Part shown: in pieces, positions 44,565-54,396 of the stretch | Layout of the letters: every line of letters starts with the position of its first letter | Numbering within the stretch: position 1 is the first letter of the stretch | Assembly (NCBI GenBank): GCA_964644965.1 | Contig: CAZXYN010000002.1 | Location: 3,075 to 67,074 of the forward strand | Length of the DNA: 64,000 nt | Origin: an uncultured Candidatus Saccharibacteria bacterium | GTDB taxonomy: Bacteria; Patescibacteriota; Saccharimonadia; Saccharimonadales; JACDBH01 | Direction of reading: 5' to 3' | The notes under the pieces: generated by a model | The model's input: only the letters and a program-made list of their open reading frames with translations | Database searches by the model: none | What the model was told of the DNA's origin: nothing | Translations under genes and position numbers: made by a program

Positions 44565-45145
44565 TAACTCTCCGCTGGGGCAGTCAGTGGGTCGTCGCAA
44601 CTAAGACAATAGCCCGGGTAGGTTGCTGGTTGGTGTGGATGAGCCTGGCAGGGACCCTCTAAACAGAAATAAACACTACTATTGATGCCAAAATCTTCTG
44701 CCCAATCAGTCCTAGGGAACTTACAAGTTTCAGGTTGTCCAATTTCACAGTATCGAATACTAATCTGAAAAGCCCATTCGCTACCAACCTGGAAGGCATC
44801 ATAATCATAGACACTTCCGGGCCACGGTGCATGCGGCCATGCGTCAGAATCATTGCCCTGTACAAACTCCTCGATGCCGGGTGGAATGTTTCTATCAACA
44901 TCCGCTGGGTAGTCACCGTATTTCAAGATAAATAGGTTTATTGCTGAGCGCATTGTGTTCATCTCGGCTCCGGCTCGAGCAAGATAGGCGCGCTCTCGGC
45001 CGCTAAAAAGATTCGGTATGGTAATGGCCGCTAAAATACCTAGGATCACCATAACGACGAGCACTTCAATAATCGTAAAACCCTGTTCGCTCAGTGGGCT
45101 GATTTTAAGTTTTGACAAGAGTCTCCTCACTCGAGCGTCAGGCAT
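44561..45145 (-). CDS. Type IV pilin-like protein with Cys-rich C-terminal domain
   Basis: Prepilin motif EQG-FTIIEVLVVMVILGILAAI after a 21-aa leader. The globular part has 8 Cys. Confidence 0.75.
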   Translation of the reverse strand: MPDARVRRLLSKLKISPLSEQGFTIIEVLVVMVILGILAAITIPNLFSGRERAYLARAGAEMNTMRSAINLFILKYGDYPADVDRNIPPGIEEFVQGNDSDAWPHAPWPGSVYDYDAFQVGSEWAFQISIRYCEIGQPETCKFPRTDWAEDFGINSSVYFCLEGPCQAHPHQPATYPGYCLSCDDPLTAPAESY

Positions 45146-45153
45146 ATTATGAC

Positions 45154-45444
45154 CTACTCCGTGAAAGGATTATTTCGCGACTCTTCGAACAATGCCTTAA
45201 CTTCAATATTTTGGTCTTCAAGTTCTAGTAGTGTTCGAGCTGCATCCTCATCTAGATTGGGTCTTTCTGTACTACTGACTTGGTCAAGTACGCTTCCCTT
45301 TGATGGCTCGCGTAGTACCTGCTGACTGCTGGTCCAGAGTATTACTCCGCACAGACCTGCAAAAATAGCGACAGCAATTACAAATCTGTATTTTTGTAAT
45401 TTTTCAATCAGTAGTCTGGATTGTTTTTTTAAATCATTCATCAT
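45154..45444 (-). CDS. Small TM protein in the pilus cluster
   Basis: One TM segment. It is translationally coupled (ATGA overlap) to the upstream pilO-like gene. Confidence 0.5.
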   Translation of the reverse strand: MMNDLKKQSRLLIEKLQKYRFVIAVAIFAGLCGVILWTSSQQVLREPSKGSVLDQVSSTERPNLDEDAARTLLELEDQNIEVKALFEESRNNPFTE

Positions 45445-46079
45445 GGTTTCACAAAACTTTTTAGATTAAGGCTAAAGGAAACGTAGTCAGGATTTCCTAC
45501 GTTTGGAGTGATTGATATATTGCTCACCTGAGCCGTTCTACGGTTATTCTCAAGTCGTCGCAAGTAGTCTAGTAGCTGGTCATAGGTAATATTTTGTTCA
45601 GGGTCTGCGGTGATAGTTATAGTCATTTCGTAGACGCCCTTCAGGCCTTCTACTTCTGTTAGCTGAGTTAGGCCTGAGGTGCTGGACGACCCTCCTCTTG
45701 CAAGACTAGGACCAGAAGAAGCCTTTGATTTCTTTGTTACTTGACCTAGTTCGGATGCCGGAAACTGAACACTCTGGATGTTTATACCTGATTTCTTGGC
45801 AAGCTCCACAATTTCCAAAACGGTTTTTGCTTGATCTTTTTCCTGGGGCACTATTGCTTTTGTGATGAGTTCGAGATCTTTATACTCAGCTATGTCTTTT
45901 ATCGCCTGATCCAGTAATTTTTGCTTTTCATCTGCTACTTTGGACTCGAGCTTGGCTTTTTCTAACTCATCACCTTGTTTAATAACCATCTTGTAACCAC
46001 CATAAGTTACACCTAAGCCAAGTATAACAAGCAGGCTCACAACTCCAACCATACCTAGAAATGCTTTCTTGGCGTTCAT
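45441..46079 (-). CDS. pilO: PilO-like pilus assembly protein
   Basis: N-terminal TM segment plus coiled coil, its position after pilN, and overlapping stop/start codons. Confidence 0.6.
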   Translation of the reverse strand: MNAKKAFLGMVGVVSLLVILGLGVTYGGYKMVIKQGDELEKAKLESKVADEKQKLLDQAIKDIAEYKDLELITKAIVPQEKDQAKTVLEIVELAKKSGINIQSVQFPASELGQVTKKSKASSGPSLARGGSSSTSGLTQLTEVEGLKGVYEMTITITADPEQNITYDQLLDYLRRLENNRRTAQVSNISITPNVGNPDYVSFSLNLKSFVKP

Positions 46080-46675
46080 CCTTCCGGCTCCTTATACAAT
46101 TTTAAGAATGAGTCATTGTCTTCGGCAAAAAGGGCACGAATTGAAGATGTGCAAGGGTATGTCGAGTTAGAATCGGTTCCCGCGCACTTAACTTCGCCAA
46201 TATCTGCTTTGTCGAATATTCGGTCTTCACCGGTAGTAAGATTGACCTGGGCTTTTACACCAGACTCATAGTCCACCGACAAGATAGTGAGATCAAGCGC
46301 ACCGGTAAGATCACTGTTTAGAGAAAGTGACGTTAGAACGGTGTCTGGCGGCATGACCTTGCCGATTTCGGTAAGAAGCTTCGAGAAAAGCACTTCATTT
46401 GATAGAACATCGAGCGTAAGTTTTAGATTGCCGCTTAGTTCGTTTACTCGCGCAATTACTTCTTCTTGGTTGCGTTCCTCTAGCGATTGGTTCATCTTAT
46501 CGGCTGCACTTACGTGTTGGTTTGTGTCTTGTTTGAGATAAAATAAACTTCCGCCAGTAAACACCATAAGTCCCAAGACAGCGATACCTACCCCAATAAC
46601 CCAACCAATAAGTTGGCTATTGAGCCTTGAATAAGAAATTGATTTCTTATTGGTGTCTGGCATCAAGTTGATCAT
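46076..46675 (-). CDS. pilN: PilN-like pilus assembly protein
   Basis: MINLMPD (INLLP-type) N-terminus, a TM segment, and its position after pilM. Confidence 0.7.
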   Translation of the reverse strand: MINLMPDTNKKSISYSRLNSQLIGWVIGVGIAVLGLMVFTGGSLFYLKQDTNQHVSAADKMNQSLEERNQEEVIARVNELSGNLKLTLDVLSNEVLFSKLLTEIGKVMPPDTVLTSLSLNSDLTGALDLTILSVDYESGVKAQVNLTTGEDRIFDKADIGEVKCAGTDSNSTYPCTSSIRALFAEDNDSFLKLYKEPEG

Positions 46676-47751
46676 TTCCAGATCTCCTCAGGCTTTGTGA
46701 TCGCCGTGCCGGCTACGGTGACATAAAGGGACTTTTCGGCCTCTGATGGAGGCTGTAAATCATCAGTTTGAAAGCTGCTCCAGAAATTGCACATGCGAGT
46801 TGCTATACGTAGATTGTCGGTCATGTAGTCAACAAGCCCTGGCATATTAGAGCCGCCACCCATAGTTATAATCTGACCAATGGTTGACTTACCATCGGTA
46901 CGCTCTTCGTAGTAGCGGACAACACGGCGGATTTCTTTGACGAGCGAATCAAGCTGTGGCTTGAGGGCCTCTCTGATTTCTGTCTGGTGCTTACTAACGC
47001 CTAGACCGTATTTCGTCTTAATGCTGTTGGCTTCAGCCTTGCTGACGCCGAGCTTTTCAGAGATTCGATTGGAAAAATCATCACCACCACCTGGAATTGT
47101 TCCATTGACCACTAGGTTTTTGTCAAACACGGTCAAGTCAACGGATAATGAACCAAGGTCAATCAGAATGGTTGGAGTATCCTGGCTGTTCTCGACTTTT
47201 GAGATGATACGGCTGGCTGCAGAGATGGTTGTTTCGAGCGCACAGACTTCTAGGCCAATCAGCTCGAAAAACTTCATGTAGGAGTCCACAATCGTTCTAG
47301 GAGCACCTACGATCAGTACTTCTACTTGGTCGTCATGCCGATTTACGATTTCGTGATCCAAGTAGAGCTCTTCTATAGGGATTGGAATGTACTGGGCGGC
47401 TTCAAGTTTGACGGCTTCATCGAGCTCTTTCTTTTTGAGCTTGGCGGGCAAGGTTATGACTCGAGAGTAGGCCTTGGATGCTGGCACTGTAGCAACTACG
47501 CGTCTAGTAGTAATGTTGCCAATGACATTTTTCTTAAATAACTCGGTAGCTGATTTTGCGATTGACTCGTAGTCTACAATTACACCGTCTTTTATGGCTT
47601 TTTCGTCAAACTTGGAAACGCCGTAGCCGATAACAGTAGTAGATTTTTTGTCGTCCTCAAGCTGCATGACTTTAATCGTGTTAAAGCCAATATCAAGCCC
47701 GAAAAGTGGCTTGTCCTTGTAAAAAAGTGTTTGGGAGTTATTTGTGCCCAC
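46672..47751 (-). CDS. pilM: Type IV pilus assembly ATPase-like protein PilM
   Basis: Actin-like fold blocks FGLDIG...IKV and IDLGS..VDLTVF. Confidence 0.85.
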   Translation of the reverse strand: MGTNNSQTLFYKDKPLFGLDIGFNTIKVMQLEDDKKSTTVIGYGVSKFDEKAIKDGVIVDYESIAKSATELFKKNVIGNITTRRVVATVPASKAYSRVITLPAKLKKKELDEAVKLEAAQYIPIPIEELYLDHEIVNRHDDQVEVLIVGAPRTIVDSYMKFFELIGLEVCALETTISAASRIISKVENSQDTPTILIDLGSLSVDLTVFDKNLVVNGTIPGGGDDFSNRISEKLGVSKAEANSIKTKYGLGVSKHQTEIREALKPQLDSLVKEIRRVVRYYEERTDGKSTIGQIITMGGGSNMPGLVDYMTDNLRIATRMCNFWSSFQTDDLQPPSEAEKSLYVTVAGTAITKPEEIWK

Positions 47752-47820
47752 GATAATCCAGCGGTGCCCTCGGTTTTCTTTAACCTTTAGTATATCAAAC
47801 TGCTTACGCTTCGAACAGGG

Positions 47821-49278
47821 CTATTCGAAGTCATACTGGTAGCTTCGTATGCTCCAGCCTGAACTTCCAGTGGCGAGTCCAGTGCCAAAATTAATCGTTC
47901 CGCTTCCACTCATACGTACACTTTGCCCAAGGGCAGATCCTACATTTCCAGAACCAGTAATGTGAACTCGTCCCCAGTACGATTGGAATATCGCAGAGTT
48001 TAGATTACCTGAGCTACCGCCGATGGTTACCGTTTCAAAGCTTTGCGAGCTGCTAAGCTGAGATCCCGTCAAAGTCGTACAATTTGGATTGCAAGCCGCA
48101 TTAGATCTGAAGCTTATAAATCTAACCCCTGTTCCACTTGAATTGGGTATGACTGTAGATGAGTTAGTTGTTATAGCGCCATCGACTAACACGATTGGCG
48201 CTGTCGTGCCTACAGAATCTGAAACTCTGATTCTGCCTGACGCGGCAAAGCTAAAATTACCGGTTATGTAGACATTGCCATTTATAGTTAAATCACAGTT
48301 GTTTGAATTGAAATTGCCATCTAGTCTTATATTTGCTGGCCATGTTCGGACAAAGCCATGTGGATTTTGCCACTGGCTGCAATCGTAGGTAATATTGTTG
48401 CTTGCGGTGGTAGTTGTCATGGAGGCAATATGAGCGACTCGGTCATAGGTAGGCATTGTAGTTACAGGTGCGACACAGCCAGGAACCAATCCTGCACCAG
48501 TGCTCCCGCCTGTAATTTGGGTATTTGCTCCACCAATCGGAAACTTGGTCTGGGTTTGATGCGTCGCGCAAATGGTGCCAACTATCATGTTATTACCGCC
48601 ATTGTTCGTAATTGTGATAGCTTCTCCTGAGGTACATTGCGTTGGATAAGCGTTGCCAGTACCACAGTTGGCATTTGCGACCGATATATTAAGCGGTTGT
48701 GCAACCGTGCCAATTCCAACACTTCCGGAGTTGGACATAGTAATCTTTCCATTTACATGCACATTTGCCGCGTTGAGGATTCTTCCATTATCCATTATTA
48801 GACCACCCGGTCCTGCATGTACAGCATATCCAGGTGATGAGGTAGGTACGATAGTTACTCTTACTCGGCGTTCTTTTTCAAGGCTCCCTGATTTATTATA
48901 TGCACGTCCAATTGAGATGATGACTTTTTCGTTAGGCCCTGTACCATCTTCGACAATAGTCTCGTACGTGCCACGCCCCTGATCGGCATTGTCATAAAAT
49001 TCCCCATCTTCTTCTGGGTAACCAAGAAATGTACTGTCGGAAGTTATTGCCTTGACCGACCTCTCAATACCGGCCTCAGCAGTAAGTAATGCATTGCTAA
49101 CATAAACGTTTTGAGTAGTACGTCGAAGTTGCACAATCGCTACTTGTGCTATGGATATACCCACAAAAGTAAGAAGCAATCCAGCGAGTAATACGGTAAT
49201 GAAGACAATGCCTTTTTGGTTTTTATGAAGCTTATAATTTGCAAATGTTGGAAAGTATTTGCGTAGAATCTTACTCAT
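47821..49278 (-). CDS. Large (485 aa) pilus-cluster protein, N-terminal hydrophobic anchor, Gly/Thr/Asn-rich repetitive body
   Basis: The N-terminal segment IVFITVLLAGLLLTFVGISIAQVAIVQL is PilX-like but has no G-F-T-x-x-E site. The rest looks like beta-rich repeats with conserved Cys. Confidence 0.55.
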   Translation of the reverse strand: MSKILRKYFPTFANYKLHKNQKGIVFITVLLAGLLLTFVGISIAQVAIVQLRRTTQNVYVSNALLTAEAGIERSVKAITSDSTFLGYPEEDGEFYDNADQGRGTYETIVEDGTGPNEKVIISIGRAYNKSGSLEKERRVRVTIVPTSSPGYAVHAGPGGLIMDNGRILNAANVHVNGKITMSNSGSVGIGTVAQPLNISVANANCGTGNAYPTQCTSGEAITITNNGGNNMIVGTICATHQTQTKFPIGGANTQITGGSTGAGLVPGCVAPVTTMPTYDRVAHIASMTTTTASNNITYDCSQWQNPHGFVRTWPANIRLDGNFNSNNCDLTINGNVYITGNFSFAASGRIRVSDSVGTTAPIVLVDGAITTNSSTVIPNSSGTGVRFISFRSNAACNPNCTTLTGSQLSSSQSFETVTIGGSSGNLNSAIFQSYWGRVHITGSGNVGSALGQSVRMSGSGTINFGTGLATGSSGWSIRSYQYDFE

Positions 49279-49960
49279 TTCTAAATACAGTCCTTGTGCT
49301 ATAGTTTACATCTACTTCTCTCCCATATTTTTGGGTACGAAGATTCAGCGATACTTCAACAGCTCTAGCGTTTTCTGGCTCAACTTCATCTCCCAAGCCA
49401 TCATAGTAGCGAAACTGCAGTGAATAGACATTCTTGACGGACAATCTGTCGCTCGGACAATCATCTGTAGCATCTTCAGGGGGGCAAGTGGTATTCGATG
49501 AATTACCAGGAACTTCGTTAGCCAAAGTTCTCTTGTAGAGGGTGCCATTCTCTACATAGTAAATAATATTGTCTTTCTCCGATATGTAGTGAGATGCATC
49601 GGCGAAAATAATTTCATTACTCTCATTAGTCGCCGCAGTATTCAACACTAGCGTGTCGACATCGGATTCCCAGCCATAACCATTGGTTGCAGCAGCGTCT
49701 GGCGAGTAAATATCTTCCACAGAGTTGTTTGCTGCTGATGATGCACTGAGTCGGATATCTTTTACCATGACATCAAGTGACAGTTGGGCTTCGCGCAATA
49801 AATCAGCGCGAGCTGATCTGATACTGTTATTTACAAGCGACGTAACAAGAAAAGTCATTATTCCTATAAATAAAAGTGATGATATTGAAATGGCTACCAG
49901 TAGCTCAATGAGAGTAAATCCTTTCTCGCCTTTATGGGGTGTATATCTTTTCTGAATCAC
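49271..49960 (-). CDS. Minor (PilW-like) pseudopilin
   Basis: EKG-FTLIELLVAISISS prepilin motif. Confidence 0.75.
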   Translation of the reverse strand: MIQKRYTPHKGEKGFTLIELLVAISISSLLFIGIMTFLVTSLVNNSIRSARADLLREAQLSLDVMVKDIRLSASSAANNSVEDIYSPDAAATNGYGWESDVDTLVLNTAATNESNEIIFADASHYISEKDNIIYYVENGTLYKRTLANEVPGNSSNTTCPPEDATDDCPSDRLSVKNVYSLQFRYYDGLGDEVEPENARAVEVSLNLRTQKYGREVDVNYSTRTVFRNE

Positions 49961-50370
49961 TGGCCTATTCCTACCACCCCAATTAATGAGCTTTGTTTTA
50001 CGGTCTTGGTATTACTACCATCTTTGTATGTAATAGTTACATCAACTCTTCTTAAATCGTCTTCTGGCTCAGAAATTGCAACTGTACCAGATCTAGGAGA
50101 GGGAAGCTGTGCTGGCAGGTCGCTTGTAAAATCTAACGTTGTCTCAGGCTCGAGGCTGCCGTACTGGAGGTTGCGCAGTGACTCAATCTGGCTTTCACCG
50201 GCCCGGGTGGCAATCTCTAGATGGTAGCTCCTTCTTTGAGCTTCCTCAATCGCGATGTAGAGATTCACAATGCCAATTATCAACAACCCTGACAGTGCAG
50301 AAGTAACAATTAGTTCGATGAGTGTAAACCCAGACTCGCTTTTTCGCATCATAATCTTTAGCATAAGCAT
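49957..50370 (-). CDS. Minor (PilV-like) pseudopilin
   Basis: ESG-FTLIELIVTSALSG prepilin motif. Confidence 0.75.
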   Translation of the reverse strand: MLMLKIMMRKSESGFTLIELIVTSALSGLLIIGIVNLYIAIEEAQRRSYHLEIATRAGESQIESLRNLQYGSLEPETTLDFTSDLPAQLPSPRSGTVAISEPEDDLRRVDVTITYKDGSNTKTVKQSSLIGVVGIGQ

Positions 50371-50372
50371 AA

Positions 50373-50406
50373 CAAAAACCGGCTACCAGGGGCAACCGGT
50401 TTTTTG
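50373..50406 (-). terminator. Intrinsic terminator/attenuator between pilA and the minor pilin genes
   Basis: AACCGG...CCGGTT stem with a 13-nt loop between A- and T-tracts. Confidence 0.6.
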
Positions 50407-50423
50407 TGGCTCGAAGTGTTGAA

Positions 50424-50822
50424 CTATTGGTTTACGCTCTCTAGGACGTAACGGTGTTGATCACCTTCAGTTACACCGTCTGGATCATTTTCGTTCTCCA
50501 GAACTGCGTAGATTTCGTATGATTCGCCATCGCTGGTGTATACATAGTCATCATTCGCTGCGCCTTTAGGGCCATACATTTCTTCTGCGGTCACATCAGC
50601 ATCATCTAGAGCATCCTCATCAGCTGGGTAGCTACCGTTGTCGTTGAAGTATGTCTCAAGCTTCGTCTGAACGTTCTTGAGTTCGTTCTTGCGGTCTGTA
50701 TCACGGCCACGAGCCTGTGCGCTAAACAAGTTAGGCAAGGTCAGGGCAACCAAGATACCAATAATTACGATTACAACCAACAATTCGATGATGGTGAAAC
50801 CTTTTTGATTCATTTTTCGCAT
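50424..50822 (-). CDS. pilA: Major type IV pilin
   Basis: QKG-FTIIELLVVIVIIGILVAL, small size, and a strong terminator downstream. The likely start is Met4 (MNQKG leader). Confidence 0.85.
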   Translation of the reverse strand: MRKMNQKGFTIIELLVVIVIIGILVALTLPNLFSAQARGRDTDRKNELKNVQTKLETYFNDNGSYPADEDALDDADVTAEEMYGPKGAANDDYVYTSDGESYEIYAVLENENDPDGVTEGDQHRYVLESVNQ

Positions 50823-50930
50823 TTTAAGTCCACTCCTTTAGAATGCATATTTTTTAGTAATATCTTGAGATTATACCGCTTAAGCTAAGATGTCAACAAT
50901 TTGTTTTCTATATTTAGCTAAAAAATGTGT

Positions 50931-52142
50931 CTAAACAGCGCCCTGAATATTCATAATTGGACCCAGCACACTGAGTACGATTAAGCCAACAATACCACCA
51001 AGCCCAACAATAAGTATAGGCTCGATAATAGATGCAATACTGCTGGTAATCTGATTGACTTCTTCTTCGTAGAATTCGGCAACTTTGTCCAGAACTTCGC
51101 CCAGCTGACCGGTCTCCTCACCAACGGCTGTCATCTGGATAATAATTGCCGGCAACACTTGGCTATCCGCCAGCGAATCAGCGATGTTGGCGCCGTTTTT
51201 GATACCCTGTATGGCATCTTGTAAGCCCTTCTGAATGACGACATTGGTCAACGCCTTGCTCGTCACATCTAGGGCATCAATCACCGTCACACCGGCTGAG
51301 AGTAGCGAGCTAAAGGTTCGCGAGAATCTGGCTACATTGACCTTCATAATAATATTTCCAAAGATAGGAAGCCTTAGTAGGAATTTATGGTAAGCGTATT
51401 TACCCTTTGGATTGCCAGTGAATCTCTTGAATGCAAACACCGATAGGATGATAGCGGCAATGATGATGTACCACTGATTGGTCATAAAGTTACTTATACC
51501 TAAGACAATTTTTGTCTGAATCGGAAGCTCACCGCCAGCGCCCTCCAAGATGCTGGCAAGTTTTGGAATCACACCCACCATCAGGAAGCCCACAGCACCA
51601 ATCGCAACTAGCGTTACGACAACCGGGTAAACCATGGCGCTCTTGAATTTACCTTTGATTTCACTGTCCTTTTCGACCTGGTTAGCAAGTCGGTTCATGA
51701 TTTGATCCAAGATACCACCGGCTTCTCCGGCACGAACCATGTTAATGTAGACGCTCGAAAATACCTTGGGGTGCTTGGCTAGTGAATCTGATAATTGCAT
51801 ACCGCCCTCTACGTCGGCGATAACAACAGCAAGAGTTGTCTTAAGTCCTGCAGAATCCGTCTGCTCTTGCAGCGTGGTTAAAGCTCGCAGCATTGGCACA
51901 CCGGCGCTGACCATAGTGCTGAATTGCCTAGTGAAAACAACTAGTGATTTTGGTTTGACCTTATTCCCACCGGGCAGTTTGATGTTCATCTGCATGCCGC
52001 CTTTTTTGGCGGGCTTTACGGTTTGAGGAGTCAAACCTCTTTTGACGAGCATACTGACAGCATCCTCCCGCGTACCAGCGCTGATCGTACCGTTTACAGA
52101 TTTGTCACCTTTGTCTTTGGCGGTGTAGTTAAAATCAGCCAT
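50931..52142 (-). CDS. pilC: Type IV pilus platform protein PilC
   Basis: Two GspF repeats (FTRQFSTMVSAGVPMLRAL and FSRTFSSLLSAGVTVIDAL) and 3 TM segments. Confidence 0.93.
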   Translation of the reverse strand: MADFNYTAKDKGDKSVNGTISAGTREDAVSMLVKRGLTPQTVKPAKKGGMQMNIKLPGGNKVKPKSLVVFTRQFSTMVSAGVPMLRALTTLQEQTDSAGLKTTLAVVIADVEGGMQLSDSLAKHPKVFSSVYINMVRAGEAGGILDQIMNRLANQVEKDSEIKGKFKSAMVYPVVVTLVAIGAVGFLMVGVIPKLASILEGAGGELPIQTKIVLGISNFMTNQWYIIIAAIILSVFAFKRFTGNPKGKYAYHKFLLRLPIFGNIIMKVNVARFSRTFSSLLSAGVTVIDALDVTSKALTNVVIQKGLQDAIQGIKNGANIADSLADSQVLPAIIIQMTAVGEETGQLGEVLDKVAEFYEEEVNQITSSIASIIEPILIVGLGGIVGLIVLSVLGPIMNIQGAV

Positions 52143-52310
52143 TGAGTCTTAATCCCCGTCTTTTTTCTGTTAAGCGAAAGATATTCTGGCAGTACCAGGA
52201 GTTCATTCTTACGATGAAGTATATACGATTATATATTGACGATAAAAATGGAATCATGGCACTGCCAGAATAGCTTGAGGCTGGAAAGAAGGCAGGGATA
52301 AGACTCATAA

Positions 52311-54119
52311 TTAGTCCTCGCTCGTGGCTGTTACGCGCAGTATTTCTTCGATTGTGGACTGGCCACGGAGCGCTTTGATAAATCCATCTAACTGCATGGT
52401 GACCATGCCTTCCTTGATCGCTTGCTGGTTAATGACTTCTGATGTTGAGTTACTAACAATTAGCTTCTGGACAGCGTCTGAATTATGGAGAACTTCGTAT
52501 ATACCGATTCTACCTTTGTAACCGGTCTTATTACAGGCCGGACAGCCACCGGCATGAGCCTTCCAGATACGGTTAATTTTGGTTTCTGTTGTACTGAGCG
52601 AATCACTGGATTGCTTACCTTGATTACTCTTGCCAATACCACCTTCTAGAGCCTTTTGTTCGAGCCCGTGAAGGTATTTCATCATCGGGGTGTCAATATG
52701 AAATGTTTCGGTGATGCGTTTGAGCGTTGGCGCGTCTGGCTCTACTTCTTCGCGGCATTCCGTACAAAGTCTTCGAATCAGCCGTTGGCCAACAACAGCA
52801 CGGACAGTACTGGCAATTAAAAACGGTTCGATACCCATATCGAGCAGACGCGGCAGGCAGGTTGCAGCGTTGTTGGTATGTAGCGTGCTGAATACAAGGT
52901 GACCCGTCAGTGCCGCTTGGACACCAAGACTAGCAGTTTCGCCATCACGAATCTCACCGACCATAATGACATTTGGATCCTGACGCAGCAGGGCTCGCAG
53001 ACCGTTGACGAATGTCATGCCGGCAACAGGGTTAACCTGAGTCTGGTTGGTACCGGGTACCCGGTATTCCACTGGGTCTTCTACTGTAGAAATGTTCACG
53101 GTCGGACTGTTTATCATCGATAGAACACTGAACAAGCTAGTACTCTTACCAGAGCCGGTTGGACCAGTAACTAGTACCATGCCGTGCGGCTGAACAATCG
53201 CGTCCTTGATATCGTTTAGCGATTTGCCCCAGTAACCAAGCTCCTCTAGAGTCAGCGCCTTACTGGATTCATTCAAAATACGCATGACGACCTTTTCGCC
53301 ATCGACAATAGGTAGTGTCGAGACACGCAGAGCATAAATAGCACCATTGGCAGAAATCTTGAATCTTCCATCCTGTGGAGCGCGGCGTTCATCAATCTTT
53401 AGGTTACTAAGGATTTTGATACGAGACACTAGTGCAGACATGACTTTCTTGGGTAACTTGTTGGTCTCCTTTAGAATACCGTCAATACGATAGCGTACAG
53501 ATACAAAGTTCTCGCGCGGCTCGATATGAATATCACTAGCACCAGCTTTGACAGCGTATTCAATCAATAAGTTTACGGTCTGGGCAATCGGTGAATCCTC
53601 GGCCACATCTTCTTCTGAAACATTTTCATCGATGTCTTCGGCCAGTTCTTCTGGTGTCATGACTTTTGTTAGCTCGGTGCCGATTTCGCCTCGATATTGG
53701 TCTAGGCAGGCGGCAATGTTTTGCTTGGTCGCCATGGCTACCCGGATGTCCTCGCCGAGCTGTTTCTTGAGGAAGTTTACGGCCTCAACATCATCAGGGT
53801 TTTCGGTGGCAAGGAGCTTAGCACCTGTCTCGTCAACACCGTACAGTACGACATTGTACTGGTTGGCAATGCGCTCTGGAATGAGCTTAAGAATCTCTAG
53901 TTTGATAGCCTTTGGATCGAGCTCTACAAATGGAACTTCGATTTCATCGGCATACAATTTCGTCAGATCTTTTTCGCTGACCACATTTGATTTGATGACA
54001 ATGTCTTGGAGCGCAGCTTTAGCATTGCCCGATTGTTCTCGAACTGTGGCCAATTGTTCTTCAGTTGCCTTGCCACCTTTTATCAGCAACTCTTTTACTA
54101 ATGCATCAGAAATACGCAT
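52311..54119 (-). CDS. pilB: Type IV pilus extension ATPase PilB (GspE family)
   Basis: GPTGSGKST Walker A, Asp box, IMVGEIRD Walker B, His box, and tetracysteine CTEC...CPAC. Confidence 0.95.
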   Translation of the reverse strand: MRISDALVKELLIKGGKATEEQLATVREQSGNAKAALQDIVIKSNVVSEKDLTKLYADEIEVPFVELDPKAIKLEILKLIPERIANQYNVVLYGVDETGAKLLATENPDDVEAVNFLKKQLGEDIRVAMATKQNIAACLDQYRGEIGTELTKVMTPEELAEDIDENVSEEDVAEDSPIAQTVNLLIEYAVKAGASDIHIEPRENFVSVRYRIDGILKETNKLPKKVMSALVSRIKILSNLKIDERRAPQDGRFKISANGAIYALRVSTLPIVDGEKVVMRILNESSKALTLEELGYWGKSLNDIKDAIVQPHGMVLVTGPTGSGKSTSLFSVLSMINSPTVNISTVEDPVEYRVPGTNQTQVNPVAGMTFVNGLRALLRQDPNVIMVGEIRDGETASLGVQAALTGHLVFSTLHTNNAATCLPRLLDMGIEPFLIASTVRAVVGQRLIRRLCTECREEVEPDAPTLKRITETFHIDTPMMKYLHGLEQKALEGGIGKSNQGKQSSDSLSTTETKINRIWKAHAGGCPACNKTGYKGRIGIYEVLHNSDAVQKLIVSNSTSEVINQQAIKEGMVTMQLDGFIKALRGQSTIEEILRVTATSED

Positions 54120-54223
54120 ATTATTAACGGTTAGTATACCTTAAAAAGCGTAAGCAATATACAGCCACTACAAAAAACTTGACGGCCTTGTATTGGCGCG
54201 GTAAGCTATCGTGTTCATGCTTG

Positions 54224-54307
54224 CCCGGAAGTAGATCTTCGTGCGGCTCGTCATGGACGAGCCAGGCATCCGCTTAGAGCAGATGCACACGAAGGCTCAC
54301 TTCCGGG
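54224..54307 (-). repeat. Family-2 structured hairpin element, copy Y1 (inverted relative to Y2)
   Basis: Arms are CCCGGAAGTAGATCTTCGTG / CACGAAGGCTCACTTCCGGG. The apical region contains two 8-bp hairpins (GGCTCGTC.GACGAGCC and GCATCCGC.GCAGATGC on the plus strand). Confidence 0.7.
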
Positions 54308-54311
54308 CTTG

Positions 54312-54396
54312 CCCAGTAGTGAGCTTTCGTGAACATTTTACAAGGTAAAATGTCTGGTCTCGCTAAGGCGATACCGCACGAAAGTCTACTACTGGG
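54312..54396 (+). repeat. Family-2 structured hairpin element, copy Y2
   Basis: Arms are CCCAGTAGTGAGCTTTCGTG / CACGAAAGTCTACTACTGGG. Apical hairpins are ACATTTTAC-AAG-GTAAAATGT and GGTCTCGC-TAAG-GCGATACC. Confidence 0.7.
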
